IMG/VR virus record: IMGVR_UViG_3300022917_000021
Span: 1 to 33,131 of that record
Origin: a virus
Taxonomy: Duplodnaviria; Caudoviricetes
Length of the DNA stretch: 33,131 nt
Reading direction: 5' to 3' (one strand)
Both the position numbers and the translations under genes were made by a program. The notes below the pieces were generated by a model, which searched no databases, was not told where the DNA came from, and saw nothing but the letters and a program-made list of their open reading frames with translations. Shown here one piece after another: positions 6,034 to 16,024 of this stretch (the stretch's first letter is position 1; each line of letters starts with the position of its first letter).

Positions 6034-7915
6034 AGACGCGCACTCGTAACGTGCTGCTACCGAGATCCACCACACCGCCGGACTCATTCTGAAAGCGAAC
6101 AGAGACGGTGTTTGCGGCGCTTACGTACGCGGTCACGGTGAGGCTACTAAGGTCGCCACCGAAGCTCACGACGGCAAAGTCCCCGGTAGCCGCGCCCGTG
6201 ACGGTGACTGTGGTGGTCGTTCCAGCGCCGTCCGCGAGGCTCGGCGGATCGTAGGTGGCGCTACCTTCGAGATAGTCTCCACTGAAGGTGAGCGTTGACG
6301 TGCCCTGATTGAAGGCGGCTGTGCTGTTCGTGGCCCCAACATCGCAGCGAAGCTGCGCGACTGTTGAACCCGTAAGCAGAACGGCATTGTCAGATGCAGT
6401 GGTTTGCTTGATCGTGTTTCCCTGAATCGTCAGGGCATCGCTTGTCAGGCTCTCAGCGCGAATGCCGCCCTTCCCGAAGGTGCCCTGGCAGGTGTTACCT
6501 GTCACCGCGACACGGTTGACGGTGCCATTGAGGTACACCGCGGCGCTCGATCCGCCTGTGCCGCCGTTCTTCACCGTGTTGGCACTTACCGTTACATCGT
6601 CTGCCTGCACGACGACGATGTGACTCGGAATGCCGCCGTAGGTGGCCCCGGGGATAGCGAAGAACCCGTCCACGGTGTTTCCGACGATGGTTGCTCCGGC
6701 CACCCGATGGGTCGCATCGAATCCAGCAACAGAGATGCCTGCGTGATTCGCGGCTGCTCCACCCCACGTGTCGGTCGTCGTCGCCTGAATGTAATTCTGC
6801 GCGATAAGCAGCGTTCGAACGAAGTTCGTGGAGACGAGATGCCCCATGTCGATGCCGATACGCACGTTGCGGATATCGTTGCCGATGATCACCAAGCCGT
6901 CACAGTCGTGGGACTCGATGCCATCCCAGGAGGGGATATCTGCGATACGATTGAAGCTGATCGAGTTTCGCTTTTCCGGCTTGCCGCCTGCCTCATCTCC
7001 CGTCGCCTGAATGCCGTATGCGACTACACCGCCGGTCTGATCGCAGCCGATGACATCATTGCTATCGATGGAAAAATCTGAGGATGCGGAGGCAAGAATC
7101 CCCGATGCCAGCCAGTGAGTGATGCGATTGTTCTTGATCCACAGACGCGTGCAATTGTGAGCGGTCAGGCCATTGTAGAAGGTCGAGAACTCGCAGTTTG
7201 TGATGCGCACATCCGTGCACGTTGTGATGTTGACGAGCCCAGTATCGACTGCGGCATATCCGCCAAACCCCGCGAGCGGAACAGTGCTCGAATTGGCCCC
7301 CAGGAAACGCACACCATCGATCCTGATCTGAGCAACGCTGGTCGCATTGAATACGTGAGATCCGGCAGTGCTGTTTGTGATCTGCGGAGAATCCACTCCG
7401 TAGACCTTGGCAGCCGTGGGCAGTGTGACTGCGGCAGCGATCGTCTCGTCCGTGAAAATGTAGAGTGCATGCGTGCCGCTTACAGCCGCAGCGTCCGCCA
7501 GGGTGTTGTAGCGCGGTCGATACCCAGGCTGGAATGCGTAATTGATCGGCACGACATTGGCAGCGATCTCAGCCGCGGTGCGCGGCCAGAGAATCTGGCC
7601 GATGATTTGCTGCGTCAGGCTCGCAAAAGTTACCGCTGCCGAGATGTTGTCCACGCTCCAGATCGGCCGTGTTGGCGGATCGGTATCGCCCTCTGGTGCC
7701 AGCACAAACTTGTAGGTGAGCGTCTGGTCCAGCCAGACATTTGCCTCGCCTCGAAAGTCGAGCACGATGGGATTCGTGTTCGGCGTACCAGCCTGATTCT
7801 GATACGTGGCCAGCTTCGTGGTTGTTCCGGCGACATAGGTGAATAGCAAGCCCCCGTTGAGCGGCCGGCCCGCATTGTCGAAGAACTTCTGGATGGGGAG
7901 CGGTGAGAGGTTCAC
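6020..7915 (-). CDS. Tailspike: head-binding domain + right-handed beta-helix + C-terminal beta-sandwich
   Basis: Repeated I.GN.I beta-helix motifs; N-terminus ...PLNGG.LFTY.AGTTT...NTNPI.LD..GEA; GTG 7915 overlaps the upstream stop. Confidence 0.9.
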   Translation of the reverse strand: MNLSPLPIQKFFDNAGRPLNGGLLFTYVAGTTTKLATYQNQAGTPNTNPIVLDFRGEANVWLDQTLTYKFVLAPEGDTDPPTRPIWSVDNISAAVTFASLTQQIIGQILWPRTAAEIAANVVPINYAFQPGYRPRYNTLADAAAVSGTHALYIFTDETIAAAVTLPTAAKVYGVDSPQITNSTAGSHVFNATSVAQIRIDGVRFLGANSSTVPLAGFGGYAAVDTGLVNITTCTDVRITNCEFSTFYNGLTAHNCTRLWIKNNRITHWLASGILASASSDFSIDSNDVIGCDQTGGVVAYGIQATGDEAGGKPEKRNSISFNRIADIPSWDGIESHDCDGLVIIGNDIRNVRIGIDMGHLVSTNFVRTLLIAQNYIQATTTDTWGGAAANHAGISVAGFDATHRVAGATIVGNTVDGFFAIPGATYGGIPSHIVVVQADDVTVSANTVKNGGTGGSSAAVYLNGTVNRVAVTGNTCQGTFGKGGIRAESLTSDALTIQGNTIKQTTASDNAVLLTGSTVAQLRCDVGATNSTAAFNQGTSTLTFSGDYLEGSATYDPPSLADGAGTTTTVTVTGAATGDFAVVSFGGDLSSLTVTAYVSAANTVSVRFQNESGGVVDLGSSTLRVRVFKQH

Positions 7916-8868
7916 AGCGTGCTCCACATCAGTGTCTGATAGGGCGAAAGACCCTTCGATCCCGCGGCCGTGAAGCCCGCAGAATTCGGTGGTGCTGTGC
8001 CCTTATAGAAGAGGATCTTTCCGGGAGTGGCGTCGAAACTGAAGGCGCCCACTGCGGAAGCTCCGCTATCCGTCACGATGCACAGGCCGCGCGGGTTTGC
8101 ATCCGTCTGTGGCCGCAGGACTGTCGGCAGGTTGGTGAGCGACATCGAAGTGGCGCTCGATGTGCCCGTCATGCCCGCAGCATCACACTGGGCGATAACG
8201 AGACTGCCGATCTTCTGATAGAAGATCGCACCCGTAGGCACGACTGAAAACCCGAGCCACGTTGGCACGAATGAGCCAGTGATCACGCTAGGCGCGATGC
8301 CGGAGGAGACAAGCAGAAACTGCCCGCTCTTGTACATGATCGTTGCAACCTGCCCGGCCACAAGCTGGCTCGATCGAAGCGCCGTCAGGTCCTGATTGAC
8401 GATCGCGACAGGCCCCAGGCCGTTGACGTTGATCGTGCTGGCGCCACCGTTCGTGGTGGACGGAATCCAGTAGATGACGATGCCGTCGGTATAGGCAGTG
8501 AAGTTCGCGGTGAACGTCAGCACATAGGCGTTAATGACGCCAGAATCGACACCGCCATACAGGGTGATGAGCTGCGAACTCCGGACGTTGTCCAGCGACC
8601 AGATGGGATTGGTTGGCGGATCCGTATCCGTCGAAGGCGCGAGCACGAACTTATAGCCCTTGTTCGGTTCGATGTAGACGTCTGCCTCACCCCGGAAATT
8701 CAGGATGATCGGATTCGTGTTCAGAGAAACGCCAGCCGCATCTGAGTAGGTTGCGGTCTTGGTTGAGGTGCCGGCGAGGTAAGAGAACAGCTTCCCGCCA
8801 TTTAACGGAATGCCGGCGTTGTCAAAGAACTTCTGCTTGAAGACCGGCGATAGTGTGACAGTGGGCAT
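7912..8868 (-). CDS. Second receptor-binding / tail fibre protein with the same head-binding domain
   Basis: First ~90 aa paralogous to the tailspike; NGGASTINVNGLG tail motif; YQKIG tip motif. Confidence 0.85.
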   Translation of the reverse strand: MPTVTLSPVFKQKFFDNAGIPLNGGKLFSYLAGTSTKTATYSDAAGVSLNTNPIILNFRGEADVYIEPNKGYKFVLAPSTDTDPPTNPIWSLDNVRSSQLITLYGGVDSGVINAYVLTFTANFTAYTDGIVIYWIPSTTNGGASTINVNGLGPVAIVNQDLTALRSSQLVAGQVATIMYKSGQFLLVSSGIAPSVITGSFVPTWLGFSVVPTGAIFYQKIGSLVIAQCDAAGMTGTSSATSMSLTNLPTVLRPQTDANPRGLCIVTDSGASAVGAFSFDATPGKILFYKGTAPPNSAGFTAAGSKGLSPYQTLMWSTL

Positions 8869-8937
8869 TATTCAGCCCATCCAGTTGCACTCACAGTGCT
8901 GCCCAGGAGTACCCTGATCGCACTCAAGGAGGCCTTC

Positions 8938-9036
8938 ATGTACGCATTTCTGCTGTATCCCTGTGCATGGCTTACCGCGTGGTATCTGCGGAAGAAGTAC
9001 GGCGTCACGGCGGCACCTCGTCGCCCGGCTTCCTGA
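8938..9036 (+). CDS. Small antisense membrane peptide (MYAFLLYPCAWLTAWYLRKKYGVTAAPRRPAS)
   Basis: AAGGAGG RBS 5 nt upstream; hydrophobic N-terminus followed by RKK; alternative GTG at 8896. Confidence 0.5.
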   Translation: MYAFLLYPCAWLTAWYLRKKYGVTAAPRRPAS

Positions 9037-11074
9037 TTCGGCCGAGGCCGGCCCCAGGCTTGAGCGATTCGCGCACGGCTCGCTTTTCTGCTCGGTTGCC
9101 CAACGCTGCGCGGGTCCAGGTGCCCACAGGAATGCCGCCGGACTTCACGTTCACAGCGCCTTCGATGGCTGTCTTTGCCCCCTCCTTGAGCGCGGCCACC
9201 GTGGAGTTGCTGTAGTTCACATGAGCCCCTGAGGGGGGCTGCATGATGTTGCGCGCGACGTTGCCAAGCGCTTCGGCTTGCTCTGCGCGGTCCGCCCCCA
9301 CCAGCGTGTCGAGTTTGGGCCGCAATTGCGCCAAGGCCCGGTTGTATCCAGCCTGCGAGAACTCGCCGCGATTCGTGAACATGTCGATGCCAGACTTCGA
9401 CTTGAGATAGTTGAGACCGGCCGCAGCCATCACCTCTCTGGCGGTATCGCTGTCCTTCAGGTTTTCCTGCAGACGCTCAAGATGCGCCTTCGAGCCCTTG
9501 ATGATGTACTTCTCAGCGAATGTGTCCGCGAGGGGTGATGCTTCACCGACAGGGACATCGTCCTCTACTGCTGCGCGAATCGCGGGGTTGTCACGCAGTC
9601 GATCGAAGCGGGTCTTCGCCTTGGCGCGCGCGATATCGAACTTTGCCTTTACGTCCTTCGCAAGTCCGATAGGCTCAGTGCTCTCCAGTGCATCCCGCAC
9701 AAGGGCGATCGCCCGAGCCGCATTGCCGTCGCGGGCGGCTTCGGCCTTCCGGGCAGCTGCCGCGAGGGTGGTTCGCATGTTCTCGAACTGCGTGAAGTTC
9801 ATTGAACCGCTTTCGCGGATCTCGGCAAGATCACCGGCCACGTCGGAAGGCAGGTAGCGCGCCTTCATGTTCTCTTTGAGAGCGGCGTCTGCCGAGGCAG
9901 CAAATCCCTGCCCATCCATCGGCAGGTCGCCGCCGTTCAGCGCCTTTGCTTCGTCGTAGGCCGCGCCGATGTCCGCTCTCTCAGCGCCGTCCTTCGTTTT
10001 GATTTCATCGATGAGTTGCTGGCCGTTCTGCACGTGATCGTTACCAACGACACTCGGCGCAGCTTCGCGTCGCATCTCATCGAGGTTGTCTACGAGTTGC
10101 TGCTTCTGTTCGTTGAAGCGCGCGGCAAGCTCTGGATGCTTCCCGCGCTCGTTCATCTCCTTGCTGAAGAGATCTGGGTCACGCGTGGCCTGGCCTTCCG
10201 TCAGTTGCATGCGGATCGGCAACGAATCTGCTTCGAGATGGCGTGAGAAGACTTCCGGCTCGACCGCCCCACCCGTTTTCTGGGCAGCCTCACGCAGCGC
10301 CTGACGGAGCTGAGGCGATACCTGGCTCAGCTTGGGAACAGCGGCTGCTGCGCCCATGGATTGCTGCGCGAACGGATTTGGTGGCGGCTCTGCGAGCGCA
10401 GGTGGCCGCACCGTGCCACCAGTTGCGCGCACCGCGGCGTCAGATACGGAATCGGTAGCTGCGGCAAGCTTCCGGCCGGCGGCACCGACGCCAGCAGCAA
10501 CGTTCCGAGCTCCGCTTGCAACAGCAGAAGGCGCGGCTCGTAACGCTTCGGCGGCTGGTGCGGCGAGCGGCGACAGCCCCATGACACCTGCGGCGGCAGT
10601 GGATGCAGCCGGAACCTCACGTAGAAAGGTTTCCGCTACCGGGCTCACCTTTCCGACGGCCGTCGCACCTTCATCGAGCTTGCTGACAACGGGTGTGAGT
10701 ACTTTTCCGGCGCTGCGGGCAAGCAGCTCATCCCCGGCCTTTCCGCTGTCGCTGACCGGATCGTATGTCAGGTATTCCTGGACATCGGACTGAACCTTGC
10801 GGGGATCTACATCCATGCCGAGCGCCTTACCGATCGCAGCCCCGCCATATGCAAGGCCAGCAGGCGCCGCCGCCACGATTCCGGATGCCGTCCGCAGCAG
10901 CATCTCGGCGCCTCCGACAGGCGCCATCGCCAGCGAGGGATTGCGCACTTCTTCTTTGTCGGGCAGTGAATCGACGTCAAGGTCGCCCGCGAAGAAGTCA
11001 TCCCGCGTCGGCGCTTTCTTCGCGCTCTTGCCTGCCCCTGAGGCAAAGAAGTCTCCGCGCAGATCGTCGCTCAT
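9005..11074 (-). CDS. DNA ejection protein (P22 gp16 position)
   Basis: 689 aa, Ala-rich helical, last of the ejection cluster. Confidence 0.75.
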   Translation of the reverse strand: MSDDLRGDFFASGAGKSAKKAPTRDDFFAGDLDVDSLPDKEEVRNPSLAMAPVGGAEMLLRTASGIVAAAPAGLAYGGAAIGKALGMDVDPRKVQSDVQEYLTYDPVSDSGKAGDELLARSAGKVLTPVVSKLDEGATAVGKVSPVAETFLREVPAASTAAAGVMGLSPLAAPAAEALRAAPSAVASGARNVAAGVGAAGRKLAAATDSVSDAAVRATGGTVRPPALAEPPPNPFAQQSMGAAAAVPKLSQVSPQLRQALREAAQKTGGAVEPEVFSRHLEADSLPIRMQLTEGQATRDPDLFSKEMNERGKHPELAARFNEQKQQLVDNLDEMRREAAPSVVGNDHVQNGQQLIDEIKTKDGAERADIGAAYDEAKALNGGDLPMDGQGFAASADAALKENMKARYLPSDVAGDLAEIRESGSMNFTQFENMRTTLAAAARKAEAARDGNAARAIALVRDALESTEPIGLAKDVKAKFDIARAKAKTRFDRLRDNPAIRAAVEDDVPVGEASPLADTFAEKYIIKGSKAHLERLQENLKDSDTAREVMAAAGLNYLKSKSGIDMFTNRGEFSQAGYNRALAQLRPKLDTLVGADRAEQAEALGNVARNIMQPPSGAHVNYSNSTVAALKEGAKTAIEGAVNVKSGGIPVGTWTRAALGNRAEKRAVRESLKPGAGLGRIRKPGDEVPP

Positions 11075-12522
11075 TGCAGCAACTGCCCGGACGCAAGCTT
11101 CCTGAGGTTGTCGCTCTTTTGTTTGAGCTCGGCCATTCCGCGGGACCCGACCTCATCCTTGATTGCCGCCAGCTCCTTCTTGTCACCGCGGCGGATCGCG
11201 TTCTCGGCCCGGAATACGTTCGGATCGAAGTTGTCGGCCCACTGCGCACGGAAATCGTTGTAGCGCGTGAGGTCCTGATTCGGGCCGGTGCCAACGACTT
11301 TGTCGAGCCCCTGACGATACTGGTGAGAACCCTCCACCAGCGCGTCGGTGAGCTTCACCTTGGTCTGCAAGGCCTCCGGGGCATAGTCGGTGGTGCCTGA
11401 GAGCCCGGCCGCTGTCTGAAGTCCTGCGTTCGTATCCGGCAGGCCCATCTGCTTCGCGCTCATCGCGGCCTGTCGATCGAGCATCGCGCTGATGGTCTGG
11501 TAGTCGGCAACCTGGTTGCCGCCGGCAAGGCCGGTCACGCGACCCAGCGCCTTGTGCCACGCCGCGGTTCCTGGACCCGTTGCCGTGTCCTCGGACAGTT
11601 TCAGGATCGTGTCGTTGACATGCCGGTTGGAGCCGTAGTCGGCATCGGCCTTGCGTGTGGTCTCCACATCCTTCTGGATGTCCACCTGTCCAGGGACAGG
11701 TTGCGTGAACTTCGGTCCCGGTGCGTTGGGTGCCGCGCCGGGCCCAACTGGGCCAGCACCCACTGGTGTCATCCGATTCGTGCGCGGATCCAGGGTGAAC
11801 TGCCGGCCGTTGGCATCCGTGAAGATGCCAGGCCCCACGCTGAGCGGGATATCTTCCGTGTTGTCCGCCGCGGCGAGCGGATTCACATTCTTCAGCACTG
11901 CGCCCGTGTTGACGTCGCTGCGCTGTTGAGTCGCCACCTGCTGGCTTGCGCTCTGCGCTTGCATCTGGATCGCGCGCAACCCAGGGGCGAGAGCATGGGC
12001 TGGAGCCTTCTGCACTCCCGGTGCATAGGCCGAGATCACCGGCAGCACATCGTCGCCGTAGAGCTTTCCGTACTGGATGAAGGCATCGTTGACCTTCTGC
12101 TTGCCCTTGTCATTGCCGTCGACCACGTCTTTATCTGAGAGCAGTGGGCCGAGCATGTCGGACAGTGCGTTGCGCTGATCGGACTTCAGGCCTACCAGCT
12201 TCTGCTTCGCGGCGAGTTGCTGTTCCTTGGCGGTGGCGGCGTGCGAGATGACATCGAGGAACTGGTCCCCGGCCGCGGCGCGCAGGGCCGGATCGCTGGT
12301 GAGGCTGTTGAGATCAACCGTGCCGTCATTGCCGATGTGCTTGCCGAAGTCATACTTGGCGAGTGCAGCGCGCTGGCGCTGGCTCTGCTGGGCGCCCGCA
12401 ACCTCAGCGGCCTGACCTGCGAGTGCCTGCTGCTGCGATTTGACCGTGAGCAGGCTCGACAGCTTCGTGAGCATGTCGGGCGACTGCACACCGAGTCCGA
12501 CGCCTGTGAACTCGCCGGCCAT
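11071..12522 (-). CDS. DNA ejection protein (P22 gp20 position)
   Basis: Gln/Ala-rich 483 aa; synteny. Confidence 0.75.
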   Translation of the reverse strand: MAGEFTGVGLGVQSPDMLTKLSSLLTVKSQQQALAGQAAEVAGAQQSQRQRAALAKYDFGKHIGNDGTVDLNSLTSDPALRAAAGDQFLDVISHAATAKEQQLAAKQKLVGLKSDQRNALSDMLGPLLSDKDVVDGNDKGKQKVNDAFIQYGKLYGDDVLPVISAYAPGVQKAPAHALAPGLRAIQMQAQSASQQVATQQRSDVNTGAVLKNVNPLAAADNTEDIPLSVGPGIFTDANGRQFTLDPRTNRMTPVGAGPVGPGAAPNAPGPKFTQPVPGQVDIQKDVETTRKADADYGSNRHVNDTILKLSEDTATGPGTAAWHKALGRVTGLAGGNQVADYQTISAMLDRQAAMSAKQMGLPDTNAGLQTAAGLSGTTDYAPEALQTKVKLTDALVEGSHQYRQGLDKVVGTGPNQDLTRYNDFRAQWADNFDPNVFRAENAIRRGDKKELAAIKDEVGSRGMAELKQKSDNLRKLASGQLLQ

Positions 12523-13214
12523 CAGACACCGCCCGTGCCGGGCGATACCGCGGGCTTCTGGTTATTGAACTGGCTCCACAGCCATGCGTTCGTGGCGCCG
12601 TTCGTGAGAGCATTCGCTCCGCCAACGATTCCAGAGCCCGACGCAGTGCCTGCATTCGCCGTGCTCGCGCCGGCATTGCCAGCAAGCGTGGCGCCGATCG
12701 AGCCCGTCTGCGCGGCCGAACTCTGGCCAAGCTGCGCGATACCCATCAGGCGCTGGAAGATGTTCCCTTGCGTCGTCTGGTAGCGATTGAAGGCGTTACC
12801 ATATTCGGTGCTTGCCATGTCCTGGTTGTAGCCGAGCAGGTCTTTCAGGGCTGCGCCACTGAGTGCACCACTGCCAGCGGCCGCACTGTTCTGCAGGGCT
12901 TGCTGACCCTGCTGCAGACGGAACCAGTAGCCAGGGTCCTCGTACTTGTAGAACTCCTCAGCGTCGAATGGCTTAGTGAATGAGCCGTAGCCTGGGTCGC
13001 TCGGGTCGCCATAGGCGCCGGCATCGGTTGACGGGTCAGTCGGTGCCGTGGGATCGGACGGAGACCCTCCGGACTTCTTCATGAGACCAACCGGGTCGTA
13101 GTAGGACGACAGCCCGGTGTTCCCTGTGACAGCGGTTCCCACAGTCGCGCCCACGGGATCGACCATGGAATGCACCATGTTCTTGGGACTGATCAGCTTC
13201 TTGAGCAGGCCCAT
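12522..13214 (-). CDS. DNA transfer protein, gp7-like (C-terminal part)
   Basis: DPGYWFRLQQG..AL..SAAA....SG...K.L..Y.Q..AS.EY.NAFNR motif; Gly/Ala-rich tail. Confidence 0.8.
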   Translation of the reverse strand: MGLLKKLISPKNMVHSMVDPVGATVGTAVTGNTGLSSYYDPVGLMKKSGGSPSDPTAPTDPSTDAGAYGDPSDPGYGSFTKPFDAEEFYKYEDPGYWFRLQQGQQALQNSAAAGSGALSGAALKDLLGYNQDMASTEYGNAFNRYQTTQGNIFQRLMGIAQLGQSSAAQTGSIGATLAGNAGASTANAGTASGSGIVGGANALTNGATNAWLWSQFNNQKPAVSPGTGGV

Positions 13215-13666
13215 TACGGTTGCATCCTCTGGAGCATCGCCTGCGCCTGCCGGTCACCGTTCTGCGCCCGGATCATCAAGATTCGATTGAGCGGCAGATT
13301 GCCCATGCCGGCCTCGGGCACGTTCCACGAGTGCTGGGTTGGGTCTGCGGCGCCAATCTGCATGATGGGGTGCACTCCGCCTTCTGGCGTTGGTGCATAG
13401 CCAGGGTTCGCAGGAGGCATCAGGAGCGGCGTCGAGATCCGCGGTGCATTCGGATTCGGGTTGATTCCGAGCAGCGTGTTGAGCTTGCTGGTAGCCCCGT
13501 AGCCGGCCTGTGTGTACGGCAAGAGATCAGCACGCGTGCGCGCGTACTGCTCCATGTTGATGCCTGCGGCAGCCTTCGAGGCATCCGCCTGCTTCTTGCT
13601 GCCGAGGTAGGAAGCTCCAGCGCCAAGCACCGATGCGCCGCCGACAACGACTAAGGCCCACGTCAT
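13214..13666 (-). CDS. DNA transfer protein, gp7-like (N-terminal part)
   Basis: Hydrophobic Gly-rich N-terminus, Y..TRADLLPY..AG..A...L..LLG motif. Confidence 0.75.
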   Translation of the reverse strand: MTWALVVVGGASVLGAGASYLGSKKQADASKAAAGINMEQYARTRADLLPYTQAGYGATSKLNTLLGINPNPNAPRISTPLLMPPANPGYAPTPEGGVHPIMQIGAADPTQHSWNVPEAGMGNLPLNRILMIRAQNGDRQAQAMLQRMQP

Positions 13667-14133
13667 GATTGCACCTGTGAGAAGGCGAGAAGCGCACGCT
13701 CGCGCTGCTCGAGAATGTTGGCGGGCACCGGCTCAACGAGTATGGCGTCGAGCTTCTCCATATCGGTTTCATCCGTCGGGTGAATCGTCTGCCACTGCAT
13801 GTCTTCGAGGATGTAGAGCACTTTCTGCACGCCCGCCTCTGACACGAAGGTCATCGGCGCACGCAGCTCCTCGCGACTGCCATCCGCATGCACGATCAGG
13901 CAAGCGCCTGTCAGCAGAACGTTGAAGTGCCGCGTCTTGTGAACGCGGCCGATCACGATGGATTCGGCCTCCATGAAGATCTCACGCAGGTACACCCCCG
14001 GTGCAAACCGATGCGTGACAGGCGCAGGCTTCTGAGGCATGCCTGCGAGCTCGTGCGCGATGACGTTGATTGACTCCGCGTGCGTCATCTCTACGGGCGC
14101 ACCGTTCGCATCCCAACTGGCGAGTTCGTTCAT
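13663..14133 (-). CDS. Cupin-like phage virion-cluster protein
   Basis: HRFAPGVYLREI....G..HKT.HF motif. Confidence 0.7.
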   Translation of the reverse strand: MNELASWDANGAPVEMTHAESINVIAHELAGMPQKPAPVTHRFAPGVYLREIFMEAESIVIGRVHKTRHFNVLLTGACLIVHADGSREELRAPMTFVSEAGVQKVLYILEDMQWQTIHPTDETDMEKLDAILVEPVPANILEQRERALLAFSQVQS

Positions 14134-14471
14134 GATGGGACAAAGACCACGGTGGGAAGCACGGTGTAGGTGATGCGCAAGGAGTCGCGCGCGTTGAGCG
14201 GGAACATCCCGGACGTCTGTCCGGTGCTATAGAACGTCGCGCCATCTCGCGAGAACGCGAGCGCCGAGACAGTTCCGCCGCTCACGATCAGCGAGCCCTT
14301 TACGCCAGCTACGTAGGTATAGGGGGAGGCCCCGATCGTGAGGGCGGTTTCGTTGCCGGGCGGCAGACCGCTAAAGAGGTTCGCCCAGTAGAGGAACCAG
14401 TCCTTCGATGTGATGCCCTTGATCTCGAGCGGCACGTTGAAGTTCGGCAGCGTATTGAATTGCTGGCCCAT
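14130..14471 (-). CDS. Putative tail structural protein (gp26 position)
   Basis: Coupled ORF directly after gp10. Confidence 0.7.
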   Translation of the reverse strand: MGQQFNTLPNFNVPLEIKGITSKDWFLYWANLFSGLPPGNETALTIGASPYTYVAGVKGSLIVSGGTVSALAFSRDGATFYSTGQTSGMFPLNARDSLRITYTVLPTVVFVPS

Positions 14472-16024
14472 CAGGCGGCCTGCTCGGTGGCTTCGGCGTA
14501 GAGCGTCGCGCCGACGACGTCACGCTTCACCGGATCGCTGACACTCACCTCGTACACCCGATCGCGCGCGTGGCCGAGCCTGCGCCACATGGCGCGGTTC
14601 TTGTACCGGCCGGCGGCGCCGATGGTGGTCGTGCGGATCGTGCCGTAGGTCGTTCCGCCATCGTCCGAGAAACGCATCATCGCTTGCGGGTTCACGCCCT
14701 GGCCTGTCTGAAGGCCCACCCCGGGCGCGAACTCGACCTGCAGCGAGGAATGGAAAACGCGCTCGCGGTTTTCCTTGCTCCACAGGTGCGGACAGCGGCG
14801 CAGCGCAATCAGCGGCGTTGCTGCATCGGCCGTGAGTCCGCCATCCGAATAGAACGCGCGGCTCATCTGATACCCGAGCTGCTGCTGGAAGTCCCCCACC
14901 ATCCTAATGTTCTGGTAATTGCAGAAGCAGCTCGACTTGTGCCGGTGGAAAACCCCGGTTGCAGGATCGTAGGAAGCCCGCTCGTGCCACATGTTCGAGG
15001 ACACGTCGTATACCCACGTCTTGTCGGCCGTTGGGAACGTGAGCACATAGAACAGGTGCCCTTCTTCCTCGTAGGTGTAGCCGACCGCATCTGACACGAG
15101 CGGGTATTGCGAAATCTGATGCTCGATTGCGCGAGTGCTGATGTCCTTGTAGCTGTACTGATCCGTCTGGATGACGACGTTCTGGCCGCGTTCGCTCGAG
15201 CCAAGCCACACGAGAGAGGAGCCTAGGCGCGCGATGGAATGCTTCGCCGAACAGCCGATCTGCGGAGCGACACCCGGGATGCGACTGAATGCGAAGTTCG
15301 CGCCGCCCGCGTCGTACCAGACCTCGGACGTGCGCTCTCCGATGATCCACCACTCGCGATTGTTCGCCTTGTGCGTGACGATGTTGTCGCTGCTCGAATC
15401 CTTCTGCGCGAAGAAGGCGCCGGGGAATGTCAGCGCGTACGGCGTCGGGCCGGTGGTGTAGAGCTTCTGCGTGCCGGGCTGCGTGAACAGGAACCAGCCG
15501 TCGATGAAGTCCACCCGATCGGAGCCGAGGAAGCCCGGGTCCGTGATCTGCGTGAGCACCGACGTATTGATGTTGTAATAGTATCCGTAAGGGCCATCCA
15601 CGATGCAGGCGGTCGGTGTGCCGCTTGCGAAGCCATTGTCGGTGATGCTCACCGGGCCGCTGTTGGTCAGCAGGTTGCCGATGAAGAACTTCGCGAACTG
15701 CGCGATGCTCGTCTGCGTCGCCGGCACCGTCATGCGCGTAAGGATTACGGTCGTGCCCACGACCCAGAGCGCATCGACGCCTCCCGGCAGGACCCAGCAG
15801 CCGCGCACTCCACCCGTGTTCGGAATGGCGATGCCGCTTGTGGTGATGCTGAAGTCGAACGTGACGTTGAGGCCCGGCGCGCCGAGCAGCCCGGTGGGCG
15901 TCTTGCTCTTGTCGTCCTGTGACACCTCAACGAACCAGTTGATCGCCTTCTGCGAATCCTGATATGGGTCTGGCGCGTCGTACGCCTGGCCGACAAACCC
16001 GATGTCGCCGCCCTCGTAGCTCAC
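14471..16024 (-). CDS. Packaged-DNA stabilisation / tail hub protein (P22 gp10-like)
   Basis: FIDGWF, GERTSEVW, YEEEGHLFYVLTFP, SDDGG..WRRLG motifs. Confidence 0.92.
   Translation of the reverse strand: MSYEGGDIGFVGQAYDAPDPYQDSQKAINWFVEVSQDDKSKTPTGLLGAPGLNVTFDFSITTSGIAIPNTGGVRGCWVLPGGVDALWVVGTTVILTRMTVPATQTSIAQFAKFFIGNLLTNSGPVSITDNGFASGTPTACIVDGPYGYYYNINTSVLTQITDPGFLGSDRVDFIDGWFLFTQPGTQKLYTTGPTPYALTFPGAFFAQKDSSSDNIVTHKANNREWWIIGERTSEVWYDAGGANFAFSRIPGVAPQIGCSAKHSIARLGSSLVWLGSSERGQNVVIQTDQYSYKDISTRAIEHQISQYPLVSDAVGYTYEEEGHLFYVLTFPTADKTWVYDVSSNMWHERASYDPATGVFHRHKSSCFCNYQNIRMVGDFQQQLGYQMSRAFYSDGGLTADAATPLIALRRCPHLWSKENRERVFHSSLQVEFAPGVGLQTGQGVNPQAMMRFSDDGGTTYGTIRTTTIGAAGRYKNRAMWRRLGHARDRVYEVSVSDPVKRDVVGATLYAEATEQAA

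Noticed and set aside
5116-6087. 323-aa minus-strand ORF
   Set aside because: Antisense shadow of the methyltransferase, which has clear motifs and an RBS.
7640-8868. Diversity-generating retroelement TR/VR pair in the tail genes
   Set aside because: The similarity is an N-terminal domain duplication with general divergence, not adenine-specific, and no reverse transcriptase is in the window.
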